NCBI GenBank assembly: GCA_964016885.1
Contig: OZ024751.1
Span: forward strand, 49,042,001-49,106,000
Direction: 5' to 3'
DNA: 64,000 bases
Source of the DNA: Eledone cirrhosa
Lineage: Eukaryota
Every line of letters starts with the position of its first letter. Positions within the stretch are counted from its first letter, which is position 1. The position numbers and the translations under genes are program-made. The notes beneath the pieces are model-generated. The model saw only the letters and a list, made by a program, of their open reading frames with translations. It searched no databases and had not been told where the DNA came from. Positions 15,247 to 28,037 of this stretch are shown one piece after another.

Positions 15247-16172
15247 TATTTCTTTATTAGCCACAGGGGCACAAAAGAAGGGGACAAATACAAAGGGGGA
15301 AGTTTACATACAATAAAAACGTGTAAAATGTTATCACAGATGGAATTTAAAAGTTAGTCGATTTTCCCCAATAGAGGGAGACAGTTTATATGGGTAACAC
15401 AGACCCCCGAAAAAAATGTGCAACCCTCATCTCCAGGAGTACGAAGAGCTTGTACTCCTTTCCTCTCCTCCTCCTTTTCCTCAACCTACAGGCTGATATA
15501 GAGAGAAGGCCCATTCACTCGGGCCATTCTCGCCACTTTCACCCACCTTTCATAAAACTTGCTGGGGTACAGCACCTCTCTCTCCATCCTGATTCTTCTT
15601 CCAAAGTGGTATTTGAAAAAAAGAATCAGTTGTTGGCCGGAGAGAAAGGTGTCTGACCTCAGCCCTTTCAACCTTGTCCACCATACAACCTCTTTCGCCA
15701 TAGCTATCACACAAAGGAAAACCGCCTCTCCTTCGTTTTTGAAGGAGGGTGGCGGTTTGATCATGACAATGGACTCGGTGGTCAACTGGATTGGTCCCAC
15801 CCGCGACAATAGTCGTTCTACATAGCCCCACAGGTCAGTGACGCCCGGGCAGTGTATGAATGCGTGCGCGACGGTTTCTTCGTCTCGCACGCACCTCGGA
15901 CAGATCTTTTTTGCAGGGTCCCTGCCCGGGCGCCCATGTCTGTAGAGCTTGTCTCGAACTGGTAGAGCTCCTCGGTAGCACTGCCAGGCCAGGGACTTTT
16001 GGAAGTTGTCCATCGGTCCCGGGCGGAAGGTCCTACCGAACAGACTGGCCAGTTCATCTTCCTCCACGCCTAGAGTTTCACCGAGCGCGTCGTCGCACTT
16101 GCTGCGGACCAACCCTCTATAGAATGACGAAGTGGAGTCTCCACTGATCGCCGGGTCCGCCTGCCAGAGGGC
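15247..16172 (-). mobile_element. 5'-truncated L1/Tx1-clade LINE in (GATA)n
   Basis: GC-rich open frame with zf-RVT motif, 3' UTR, AATAAA near the end; (GATA)n on both sides. Confidence 0.85.
15486..16172 (-). CDS. C-terminal fragment of LINE ORF2 (zf-RVT zinc finger)
   Basis: LAWQCYRGALPVRDKL..CPRCVRDEETVAHAFIHCP..LW; the N-terminal part of the tracked ORF is microsatellite read-through. Confidence 0.85.
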   Translation of the reverse strand, partial: ALWQADPAISGDSTSSFYRGLVRSKCDDALGETLGVEEDELASLFGRTFRPGPMDNFQKSLAWQCYRGALPVRDKLYRHGRPGRDPAKKICPRCVRDEETVAHAFIHCPGVTDLWGYVERLLSRVGPIQLTTESIVMIKPPPSFKNEGEAVFLCVIAMAKEVVWWTRLKGLRSDTFLSGQQLILFFKYHFGRRIRMEREVLYPSKFYERWVKVARMARVNGPSLYISL

Positions 16173-16189
16173 TAGATAGATAGATAGAT

Positions 16190-16490
16190 ATGTATGTATG
16201 TATGTATACGTACATACATATATGTATACAGACGTACAGTAGTATGTATATATATACATACATGCACACATATATATATGCACGTATCGGTTTACCGAAC
16301 ATTTATTATAATGCTCGGTTTGTTTGTAAACCGATACGTGCATATATATATGTGTGCATGTATGTATATATATATACATACTACTGTACGTCTGTATACA
16401 TATATGTATGTACGTATACATACATACATACCTACATTTAAGTAATTGCCGTACTAAGAGTGAGAAATGAAATTTCGTTTCATTCTATTC
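16190..16490. mobile_element. Family C partial inverted insertion
   Basis: Arms ~16190-16293 and 16328-16430 plus tail ending gaaatttcgtttcattctattc; homologous to 31347-32787. Confidence 0.85.
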
Positions 16491-16844
16491 CATATATATA
16501 TATATAAAACACATGGATATACAGAAACATATATACCTACATGTATAAACATATATCTATATTATATATGCAAATTAAAATATATATATATTTCTATCAT
16601 ACATTATATATACCGACATACAGATTAAGGTTCAGCCTGATGAGGTTATGATTTTATACCAAAGTTACAACATATTGTAGGGTTCATGTGAATATGATTT
16701 CGAATGGAGGATCAAGTCATTTTTTTCGGATCATATCCTTTTACATGTCCCTTGCTATTCAGAACTACAAACACACTCCACAAATTCACAAACAGACACA
16801 TACCCATACACCTACACCCACACATATATATATATAAGTTTATA

Positions 16845-17030
16845 TGGAAAAAGGTTTCTACAGCACTAGTACTGCTTATTTCGTAAGAAATCATGAGGAA
16901 TGCCCATAAGGATTTCATACGAATTAAACAGCACTAGTCCTTTTTCTATCTAAAATTCTGTCTCCAGTCTAAACATGTATTGAATATCATATTTACTGTG
17001 GTTACATCCGACTTAACTCGAGCCCTACAT
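16845..17030. mobile_element. Old family B-like inverted insertion
   Basis: ctacagcactagtactgcttatttcgtaagaaatcatgagg resembles the antisense family B HHR; tail gtattgaatatcatatttactgtggttacatccga. Confidence 0.6.
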
Positions 17031-17044
17031 TTATGTATATATAT

Positions 17045-17240
17045 CTAAGTCTAAAGTCTGTCTTAAACCAAAGGGCTCATTTGGCCGGTACTTATCCAGG
17101 TTTCCTGGCGCGAGGAACTGACAGTACATATTGCTGGTACTCATATTCAGCTGAGTGCACCGGAGCATCACGCAACCCAGGAATCGATCCCACGACATTA
17201 AGATCGTAAGTCCAACACCCTTACCACTAGGCCACGTACC
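17045..17240 (-). mobile_element. SINE family 2, internally deleted
   Basis: Matches 9232-9452 at both ends. Confidence 0.8.
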
Positions 17241-17243
17241 TCA

Positions 17244-17283
<40 letters not shown>

Positions 17284-18261
17284 AGAGAGACACAGAGCGA
17301 GAGAGAGAGAGAGAGTGAGAGAGAGAGACTGAGTGTGGGTGTGGGAAAGACTACATAAGAGAGTAGTACACAATACATAGTATGATGATGAATACGAACA
17401 CAGTGGGAGTTAATGAAAAATCTAGATACATACATATATATATATATATCCACACATATGTATATAGATATAAGTATATATATTTGAATGTGTGTATAAT
17501 ATAACATGCGATTCCAGTGCAGCTGCAATTGTTAATCGATATGTAATTAGATATATCTAATGTATGTATCGATATTTGAATGAGACATACTGGACGAAAA
17601 AAAAGACCCACTATTCTTGATGTACTTTAAAATTGAAACATCCATTTCCTTTACAGGTACTCAAGCGGCCTCTCGAGAATACATCTTCAATCTCCCTTGG
17701 TCATCTCACGCTTATAGACCCGCTGTTCATGTATATATGTATATATATATGTATGTCTATACACACACATATATATATATATATATCTGTGTGTGTGTGT
17801 GTCTCTGTGTCTGTATTCTAAAGTATTTGAATTGAATAGAATATATTTGTATGTATTCCTATACATATAATATAAGGATGAAAGAACCAAGTGTATAAAA
17901 CAGAATATTTCTAAATTTATTTCCATAGGTTTTTAAGTGTATTACCACTGCTGTGTCTACATACACAGATTGTTTAGTTTTTTTTAGATATTTTTTATTG
18001 GATATTTAAAGAAATATCTTTAAAATTCACGTCATGACAGTTGCAATAGTAATACGCATAACAGAAAAATATTCGCATGCAGAAAAATATATATGCATGA
18101 TGAACACGAATAACCACAGAGTAACTATCTGAAGAGGCTCAGAGGACAATTCACAAGCGTTGTTGAAACATCATGATTATATTGTAAGAAAATGAATACA
18201 TACACACACACACGCACACACACACACACCCATACACACACGCACACATACATACATACAT

Positions 18262-18298
<37 letters not shown>

Positions 18299-18460
18299 GG
18301 AAAATAGTCAGGACCCGATATATTTACAGATATATATATACATATATATATGTATATATAAACATATACATATACACATATATATATACATAGCCACACA
18401 CACACATACATATACAAACATATGTTCACACATACACACAAATGTATATATATATGTATA

Positions 18461-18624
<164 letters not shown>

Positions 18625-18928
18625 TATAATCATACTTATATACTATGTTTTATATGTTGAGTTGTTCGTCCCTGGTGGATTACATAGAGCCAAATATATA
18701 TTAGATACAGACACACATAGGTACACATATATGTATATATATATACATGTACACATAGACAGAGAGAGTGGGGGAGATGGAGGGATGCATTTATATAGAG
18801 AGAGGGGGAAGAGAGATGGGGAGATGTATCTATATAAGTGTGTGTCTTATGACGTTTGTCTTCTTTGAGGTGGGTTGTATGTTCGTGACTATATTTGTAA
18901 ATATGCACATCTGAGTGCATATACGTAA

Positions 18929-18980
<52 letters not shown>

Positions 18981-18982
18981 GC

Positions 18983-19028
<46 letters not shown>

Positions 19029-19071
19029 ATATATATTATATATATGTGTGTATATATATATACATGCATAC

Positions 19072-19121
<50 letters not shown>

Positions 19122-19136
19122 GTATGTATATATATG

Positions 19137-19167
<31 letters not shown>

Positions 19168-19198
19168 TATATATATATGTATATATATATATCATATA

Positions 19199-19263
<65 letters not shown>

Positions 19264-19274
19264 CTTATATATGT

Positions 19275-19357
<83 letters not shown>

Positions 19358-19862
19358 CACGTATGCATGTATATATATATATATATACACACATATATAT
19401 AATATATATATACATATATACATGCATATATGTATATATAAATATATATATATATATATGCACATATGCATATTTACATGTATACATATGCATATATATG
19501 TGTGTGTGTATATACATAACTATGATAGTGTAATATCATACATATATACACATTGCGGCATATGTTTCCTGCAGATTCAGACAGGAAATCTAGTGAAAGC
19601 TCTTAAAAGTTGTGGAAAAGTCTGGAGACGTTATTAGTTATTATGCGTTGCATAGTTGTATCCCGAGGCCAAACCTATGTCAGCGATGCAATGTAAGATA
19701 CTATAGGTTATAGACAGCTTACTCCGCATTCACTACGAAGCACTAGGATAACATTGTTGAAGTATAAAGGAATTAATTACAAAATAAACTTAACATATAT
19801 GTGTAATGTCTATGAATCTATCTCTCTATATATATAACCAGTTTCAAACTCAATCCATTCTG

Positions 19863-19907
<45 letters not shown>

Positions 19908-20007
19908 TACAGACACAACCACACACACACACACATATATACATATGTGTGTGTGTGTATGTATGCATATATATGCATTTATAAGAATGGATTTAGTTTT
20001 AAACTGG

Positions 20008-20095
<88 letters not shown>

Positions 20096-20206
20096 AGATA
20101 GATGGCGGCGGTAAACACATAATTCACCACAGTACACAATACTTGGAGTAGTAGAGTGGGTAATATGAAAAAACATTCGTACGATTTGTTACGTCTTCTT
20201 AACGTG

Positions 20207-20257
<51 letters not shown>

Positions 20258-20304
20258 AATGAATAATAACAGGTAGACATCATAAAAACGTAATTTACTC
20301 CGTG

Positions 20305-20416
20305 TGCTTACAAGTGTTTCCACGGTGGTACTCTAGCCTAGTTATGCTACGTGCAAATTCACAAGTACTTGCAGAACTCACATATCCAATGCTGTGACCA
20401 CTGTTTCCTCAGAGCA
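20305..20416 (-). ncRNA. Type I hammerhead with large branched stem II
   Basis: tgct CTGAGGA a-acagtggt...accaccgt-g GAAA ca-ct-tg TA agca. Confidence 0.7.
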
Positions 20417-20454
20417 GAATATATATATATTGAAACGTTAAGAAGGCGTAATAT

Positions 20455-20646
20455 AAAATGAAAAGATGGTTAAAAGAGTTCCAAGTATTTTATTATGCGC
20501 ATTTCAAAAACAAGTATCATCGTGGGATGATACTTGCGTTCTCATCACATGAAATAGGGAAACATGATATGAAGTTTAAAAAACACTTGTGAGCAGTGAA
20601 GTTTTAAATCAACATTGTTGTTGCTACAATAAAACTCACCTGCTAC
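20455..20646. mobile_element. Family D inverted insertion (minus-strand HHR 20486-20556, core C3 to G)
   Basis: Antisense arm aaaagatggttaa...ttttaaatcaaca joined to the sense 3' end acaataaaactcacctgctaca. Confidence 0.85.
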
Positions 20647-20699
20647 ATATATATATATATATATATTTTAGTCTTCAAATTTACTATTATTACTATTAT

Positions 20700-20759
<60 letters not shown>

Positions 20760-20860
20760 ATATATATATAATAATGGTTTCTTTATTTTTTATTTATATA
20801 TAGTAATAGAAGGAGGATTTGTTAAGTCTTCATTACGTTCATAAACAAGCAATAAACGCT

Positions 20861-20969
20861 TGCTCTGATGATTTAATTGGTTATAAACAAAGTATCGGAG
20901 ATCGATTGACGCAACATCTAGCGATTAGCGAACTCTAGACCTACCAGATCAAAGAAAAAATTGTCACCA
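20861..20969 (+). ncRNA. Degenerate hammerhead with large stem II insert
   Basis: tgct CTGATGA tttaattggt...accagatcaaa GAAA aaattg TC acca; mismatches in stems I and III. Confidence 0.45.
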
Positions 20970-21026
20970 CTGTGAATAAAGTCCTTATTGTACAGACAAC
21001 CCTGTTACTCTTATCTCTTGAATTAT

Positions 21027-21076
<50 letters not shown>

Positions 21077-21082
<6 letters not shown>

Positions 21083-21244
21083 AGATCAAAAGATGGTTAA
21101 AGGAGTTCAATATATTTTATTATGCGCATTTCAAAAACAAACATCATCAAACAATAATATTTGTGTTTTCATCAGATAAAACAGGAGAACATGATATGAA
21201 GGCTAAAAAAAACACTTGTTGATAGTGCAGTTTTAAATCAACAT
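21077..21244 (-). mobile_element. Family D fragment with intact HHR core (21113-21183)
   Basis: tgttttat CTGATGA [stem II] GAAA tgcgca TA ataaaata. Confidence 0.85.
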
Positions 21245-21261
21245 ATCATATATATATATAT

Positions 21262-21316
<55 letters not shown>

Positions 21317-21340
21317 TATATATATATATATATTTTATAT

Positions 21341-21449
<109 letters not shown>

Positions 21450-21487
21450 AAGAAAAAGGGATGAAATCGAAAATGCAACTGAAGTCT

Positions 21488-21525
<38 letters not shown>

Positions 21526-21540
21526 TATATTTATTTGGTT

Positions 21541-21578
21541 CCTTTACCGGTTTCGCAGTTCTTCTGCTTTTCAAAAGG
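21541..21578 (-). ncRNA. Minimal hammerhead, U3-A8 core variant, in the PLE 3' UTR
   Basis: cctt TTGAAAA gcag-aagaa-ctgc GAAA ccgg TA aagg. Confidence 0.7.
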
Positions 21579-22093
21579 TGAGTTGAGATGGAGGGTCTGT
21601 GGTTTTTCTCACATCTGGTTGGTCTCTAAATGTTACTTGTTTTATATGGAAAAACTGGCTCGAAAACCAGGTTTTTAGAGAAGTAATTTGATTGGTTTGT
21701 CAATAATTATAATAAATTTCGCGCCAGTTCGCGTTACAATAGTTCTTCAAATAAGGTAGGGGGGGGGGGGTTGTCACAGGTTGTTTTTTCATATATGAGT
21801 GTTTGAATTTCTTTTTACTTGAAAAAATGAGGCTCACGAAGGCTTTTTTTTGGTTGGTTATAAATGAAATTTGGCTGTCACGTGAACAAGTTTTCATTAC
21901 ATTTTTGCGCCCTTATTTGGAAAACAATTCTGTAGTCTTTATAGTGAATGTTATGACAATGGAGAGATAGTGGTCAAGGGAAAAGGGATTGGGAGAAATG
22001 TTCTGGTTCAGTGAATATGGCCAGCTGTCAGAGTTCAGGTGTCAGAGTTCAGATTTTCTATTGAGACTGAAGATATGTGTTTATTTGTGTGCT

Positions 22094-22126
<33 letters not shown>

Positions 22127-22613
22127 ATGTGTGTATTGGAAGATGATTCTATTAGTAGAGATGGGGGAGGGAGTTGTGTGTGTGTGTATATGGGTGTTAT
22201 GTGTGTGTGTGAGAGTATGTTAGATAGAGAGAATATATATTTTTTTTGTGTGTGTATATATATATGTGTGTAGGAAAGTGGTTCTATTAGTAGAAATGGG
22301 GAGGGTGTTGTAGGTGTGTGGGTTTTTATGTGTGTGTATGGGTGTTATGTGTGTGGGAGTATGGTTAGCATGTTAAGATGAAGAGAATATATATATATAT
22401 ATATATATTGTGTGTGTATGTGTGTGTGTAGGAAAATGATTCCTTTAGTAGTAATATTTTTGAATGAACATATTTTCCTGACTTTTTCGTGTTTGCTGTT
22501 GTATTGCCAGTGCAAACGTATGTCTAAGGTTTATTTAGTTCGGGTTTTTATTTTCTAAAGTAGGTGTTATGTGTGTGTGTGTATGTCATATTGTGGTGTT
22601 GACATAATGTATA

Positions 22614-23519
22614 TTAAACCTTATTTAATGTTGGTCTATATTTTTGAATAAACATATTTTCCTTATTTATTCGCATTTGTTCTGTTGTATTGTTAGCGCA
22701 AAGGTAAAATGGGAAGACTTGGAATTTGGGTGTCTTATTACTTGCGCAAATGTCTAGATGTGCACTTAGTGGTATTTGTCTCGTGGTTGGATCTCGTAAT
22801 TGTTGGCGATGAACTGTCATTCTGTTTCTGAGTGTGAGTTTAGTTTGTCCTATATAATCTTCATTGCATCCTTTACATTTAATGGCATAAATCAGATTTT
22901 TTGATGAGCAAGTGAAGTGATTTTTTACAGTAAAATTTTGTCCTGATTTAAATGTATACGTGTTGCCTTCAATGAGGTGAGTGCAGGTTCCACAATTAGA
23001 GCGACCACATTTTTTGATACTTGGTTGTGGGTTTGTGGTAGGTAATTTGGCATTGGTGAGTAATGTTTTCAGTGATTTTGGTTGTCTTTTGCTTTTGATT
23101 ATTTTGTGTGTTTCAAGGGCTTTTTTCATTCTTGGGTTTTGTTTTAGTAGTGGGATGTTATTGTGAATAGTGTTGTAAGCTTCCGCATTTCTTGGGTTGT
23201 GTGTTGAGATATATGATAGAATATTGGACGTACCTTGAATTTGTTTCTGTTTCCGTAATTCATCAATGCCTATTGCTTTAGCCCTTTCTATTCCATTATT
23301 TATTAGTAATAGTGGGTACTCTCTCTCAAGTAGAATTTCCTTTAATTCTTGAAGTCTTTTATTTCGCGTTTCATTATTGGAGACAATTGTGCAAATTCTT
23401 CTTGCTAGGTTAAAAGGAATGTTCGTCTTCGTGTGCTTTGGATGGTTGGAGGTGAATAGCAGATATTGTTTGGAATCTGTTGGTTTGTAGTGTATGTCAG
23501 TTTCGATATTTGTGTCTTT
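22614..23519 (-). CDS. PLE polyprotein C-terminus: RT thumb, Cys-rich linker, GIY-YIG endonuclease (5'-truncated, frame open)
   Basis: My translation upstream of the tracked Met: TDIHYKPTDSKQYLLFTSNHPKHTKTNIPFNLARRICTIVS; then CGRSNCGTC linker, NLIYAIKCKGCNEDYIGQT, RMTVHR, final RPTLN. Confidence 0.92.
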   Translation of the reverse strand, partial: KDTNIETDIHYKPTDSKQYLLFTSNHPKHTKTNIPFNLARRICTIVSNNETRNKRLQELKEILLEREYPLLLINNGIERAKAIGIDELRKQKQIQGTSNILSYISTHNPRNAEAYNTIHNNIPLLKQNPRMKKALETHKIIKSKRQPKSLKTLLTNAKLPTTNPQPSIKKCGRSNCGTCTHLIEGNTYTFKSGQNFTVKNHFTCSSKNLIYAIKCKGCNEDYIGQTKLTLRNRMTVHRQQLRDPTTRQIPLSAHLDICASNKTPKFQVFPFYLCANNTTEQMRINKENMFIQKYRPTLNKV

Positions 23520-23651
23520 TTAAATAAGACTTCAGTTGCATTTTCGATTTCATCCCTTTTTCTTTATACTTCCACTCGTGTAGGACACCTCGGTTATTTT
23601 TCATTTTGTAAAAAAAACCCTCACTTTCTAATATATATATATATATATATA

Positions 23652-23747
<96 letters not shown>

Positions 23748-23761
23748 AATATATATATATA

Positions 23762-23795
<34 letters not shown>

Positions 23796-23819
23796 AATAT
23801 ATATATATAAATATATATT

Positions 23820-24179
<360 letters not shown>

Positions 24180-24211
24180 TATATATATAAATATATAAAT
24201 ATATATATATG

Positions 24212-24245
<34 letters not shown>

Positions 24246-24268
24246 AATATATATATATAAATATATAA

Positions 24269-24327
<59 letters not shown>

Positions 24328-24356
24328 AATATATATATAAAAATATATATATAAAA

Positions 24357-24463
<107 letters not shown>

Positions 24464-24464
24464 A

Positions 24465-24610
24465 CATTTGATTCAGTTTGAAACTGTTTAGACCATTATT
24501 CACCAGAGTATCTGATACTTTGGGTAGTGGAGTATGGTTATATTATAAAGAGTCAGGAACCAGACGGCTGAGCTCTTGCCGTTTCAATGGTTGGTTTCGT
24601 ACACGTCTGG
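24465..24610 (-). mobile_element. Diverged family E fragment
   Basis: caccagagtatctgatactttgggtagtggagta and gacggctgagctcttgccgtttc align to family E. Confidence 0.55.
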
Positions 24611-24738
24611 GACTAGCTGGTGTTGACTCTTACATATATATATAATATATATATATATTTATTTATTTATGTGTGAGTGTCTGTATGTGTGTGTGTGTGT
24701 GTGTGCGCGTGGGTATGCGTGTGTGTGTCTTTATGTGC

Positions 24739-24779
<41 letters not shown>

Positions 24780-25119
24780 TCTGTTTCTGTGTCTGTGTCT
24801 GTGTATTTCTTAAAAGTATATTGATGTAGAGAGAGTTTGCCAAAATTCATTTCATATCATACCATATCTAATTCACATTCTTATGAAATATCAAAGTATA
24901 TATTTGTGATGAGGGTTAATTTGGAGAGACAACTTAAATAAAATGTAAGGAAGAAAAATATGTGTAATCACAATTATATGTCTGCAGATGTCTGGAGATG
25001 TGTGCCGAGTTCTGGCCAATATAGATATTGTCGGAACACGAGGACATAGAAATAGTGAATACTCACACACACACGTAAATATATGTATATATTCATACAT
25101 ACATGTATATATATATAAA

Positions 25120-25153
<34 letters not shown>

Positions 25154-25198
25154 CAGATCTAGCTGTCGAAACGGTCGGAGCTCAGCCGTTGGCGTCAT

Positions 25199-25293
<95 letters not shown>

Positions 25294-25754
25294 TGGGGGA
25301 CAATAGACAGACAAGTGTCTCTTCCGCAGTGCTGGAACTTTGTTTATCGACCAATAATAACCCCAAAGAAAAAATATTGACCTAAGTAGAATTTGAAATC
25401 TATATAGAAAAAGTATGCTGGGGAATTCGAAGTACCTTATTCAACATTCTAACTATTTGGGTACTCCGCCTATAAATAGCTGAGAATATCTCAATGCAAA
25501 GCATTTTGTAATTATCTGTATTTAATACTTGCAGAGCATTCACCTTTGTGGATATTTTAACGTGCAGTTATTCTCTTCTTGTGTAGTTCGAAATCTAATT
25601 TTGTGCAGTTCTAAATCAAATTTTACACATTAAGATACCTGTAAAATGTTTTTAAAAGCCATTACAAATACTTTTCTGACTCAAAGTTTTGTTAAAATAT
25701 CTTTCATCTTGATATTTACCACATATACATACAGGTTCAATACCACTCATATAC

Positions 25755-25794
<40 letters not shown>

Positions 25795-25796
<2 letters not shown>

Positions 25797-25954
25797 CGAA
25801 GGAGGTGTGGTAAGGAACCAGATGGACCATAACGCACCAGAGTACTCAATACTTAGGGTAGTAGAGTGGGTAATAGGAAAATGTTTGACCCCTGAGTCCA
25901 GAAATAGCCGTTGAAACGGCTTGAGCTCTGCCTTCGGGGTCAAGCATTTTCCTA
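25795..25954. mobile_element. Family E inverted insertion
   Basis: Antisense tail arm to 25892, then a sense fragment with GAAAcggcttgagctctgcctTCggggtc ending at ccta(ta)n. Confidence 0.85.
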
Positions 25955-25966
25955 TATATATATATA

Positions 25967-26125
25967 GTCATAATAATAAATGTGAAGACTAAAATCCAAA
26001 GAGGGCTCGATAAGAATAAATATATATCAAAATATATAAGAACCCTAGAGCAAATATTTATTAAAATAATAGATTAAAGTTTAAGCAAAGAATCGGTGCT
26101 TTCACCCTTAACGGGATCTTCTAAA
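25967..26125 (-). mobile_element. Family F fragment
   Basis: Matches 42828-42970; retains an HHR-like AGAAGA-tcccgttaagggt-GAAA segment. Confidence 0.75.
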
Positions 26126-26158
26126 ATTTAAGGCTGAAAGCGACGATTCATCTATGTA

Positions 26159-26195
<37 letters not shown>

Positions 26196-26197
<2 letters not shown>

Positions 26198-27158
26198 CGA
26201 AGGAAATGTGGTAAGGAACCAGGTGGACCATAACGCACCAAAGTACTCAATACTTAGGGTAGTAGAGTGGGTAATAGGAACGAGTAGGACCCCGACGGCT
26301 GAGCTCAAGCCGTTTCGACGGCTAATTCTGGACTAAATGAAAATGTTTATCCTGGTCTATGAATAGCCGAGCTTCTCAGGGGGTAATTCCATATATGGTA
26401 AAAGTGATTGTCACAAGGATTGGTCAAAAGTTTGTTGTTAAGACACATAATTCTATCATGGCAATTTGTGGAAGGAGGGGGTAGCTGAACCTGCCAGTAG
26501 AAGAAAGAGGGAGAGGGAGTGGAGGAAACCCAGTCGTGCGTTGATAGTCCCAACTACAGCAGGGCAGGAGGTCAAGCAAGTATACTAGGGAGGGGCAGGG
26601 GGAGGAAGTCGAAACAATAAGTAAATCAATATGGAGTAAATATATAGAAGAATACCAAGAATTTTAAAAATATTAAAAAAAAAAATTTCTGGTTACTATA
26701 CCCTAACGACACTCATCAAGTCTCTCACTGGTAAACTATAGAAAAGTTTACTAGGTGGGACGGAGTTGTAATGAGACCATTTTAAGAGTTAGTAGTAATC
26801 AACCGAGTATATCTGACGGTGACAGGACAACAAGTGGGGGGGCCAAAATACTAAAGAAACTACCACGAAATAATAATTCAGAGTCCCGAAACTAATACGA
26901 AATAATTGTTTCTACCCTAGGCACAAGGCCAGCAACCACCCAGTGCAAAAAAAAGCTAATACGACGAAATAAATCAGAATCCCGAAAATGAATACTAATA
27001 CTATCTCTAAGGGTGCCGCTACGATACAAAAATTCTAGTGCAAACTACATAAATGCTCATACGAAGTATATGAAAAATTTGATACGGAAAAATTAATTTA
27101 GTCCAGAATTGGCCGTCGAAACGGCTTGAGCTCTGCCGTCGGGGTCCTACTTGTTCCT
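26196..27158. mobile_element. Family E long inverted insertion
   Basis: Antisense tail, HHR and upstream sequence; sense arm 27097-27158; SINE 3' fragment at ~26900-26948 inside. Confidence 0.8.
26289..26384 (-). ncRNA. Hammerhead-like motif (family E), core CUGAGAA, extended stem II
   Basis: acccc CTGAGAA gctcggctattc...gaattagccgtc GAAA cggct-tgagctc-agccg TC ggggt. Confidence 0.6.
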
Positions 27159-27424
27159 ATATATATATATATAGAGAGAGAGAGATATAGATATACAAAA
27201 TATGAGGAAGTAATAGACAAAAATATACCTATTTTTTCTTCAAAGTCCCGACTGCAGTTTCGCCGTGATGTAAATCAGATTTTCAAGAGACACCCCAGGA
27301 AAAAGGACTGTTTCCCTAAATGCGTTTGCAGCAAATATATCTGTGTCTGTATATAAACGAGGGTATGCATGTGTGTACATATTGAAGCACACGCAAACAT
27401 ACATACACACACATACTTTCTCTG

Positions 27425-27468
<44 letters not shown>

Positions 27469-27470
27469 TA

Positions 27471-27750
27471 CGTTATTCCGGGTTGAATCGGAGGTACCCA
27501 CAGTAAGTAAGGTACTCAATACATTGCAGAGTATAAAAGTTTTAATATAGATGAGATTCTACAGGATTAACTTTTAATGAATTCCCTTTTCTTTCAACCA
27601 ATGACCCCCATCCATCCCACTCCCCACCCTCTCCTACCACCTGAAAAGGTATAAATACCACTACATTTATTTTTGGAAAGCCAGATTTCTGATGATTTCT
27701 AAAGAATGAAACAGTTCTAGTCCTGTAGAATCTCATCTATATTAAAACTT
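27471..27750. mobile_element. Family B inverted insertion with HHR at 27683-27733 (+)
   Basis: agattt CTGATGA tttctaaagaat GAAA cagttctagtcctg TA gaatct; same outer ends as 11901-12093. Confidence 0.88.
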
Positions 27751-27946
27751 ATATATATATATATATGTGTGTGTGTGTGCTTGTGGGTGTATGTATATAT
27801 ATATATTATGTACAAATATTCATACAAACACGTATCTATATATCTATGTTCACAAACAAATTGCTTGTTATAGATACATCTAGATATGAATCTTTATAAA
27901 TCTCATAAAACAAAAAATGCAGATGATAAGCATTTTTCAATATTTA

Positions 27947-28037
27947 TAGTAACATTTGATTAAATAGTAACATTTGATTAAATAGTAACATTTGATTAAA
28001 TAGTAACATTTGATTAAATATTAACATTTGATTAAAT
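27947..28037. repeat. 18-bp tandem repeat x5
   Basis: tagtaacatttgattaaa. Confidence 0.95.

Noticed and set aside
16630-16690. CTGATGA-ggt..acc hammerhead-like start
   Set aside because: There is no GAAA after stem II and stem I does not pair.
17656-17730. Acceptor-like tttcctttacag followed by non-repetitive sequence
   Set aside because: The donor is weak and no recognisable peptide results.
18120-18195. CTGAAGA...GAAA...GTA
   Set aside because: Stems I and II are not convincing.
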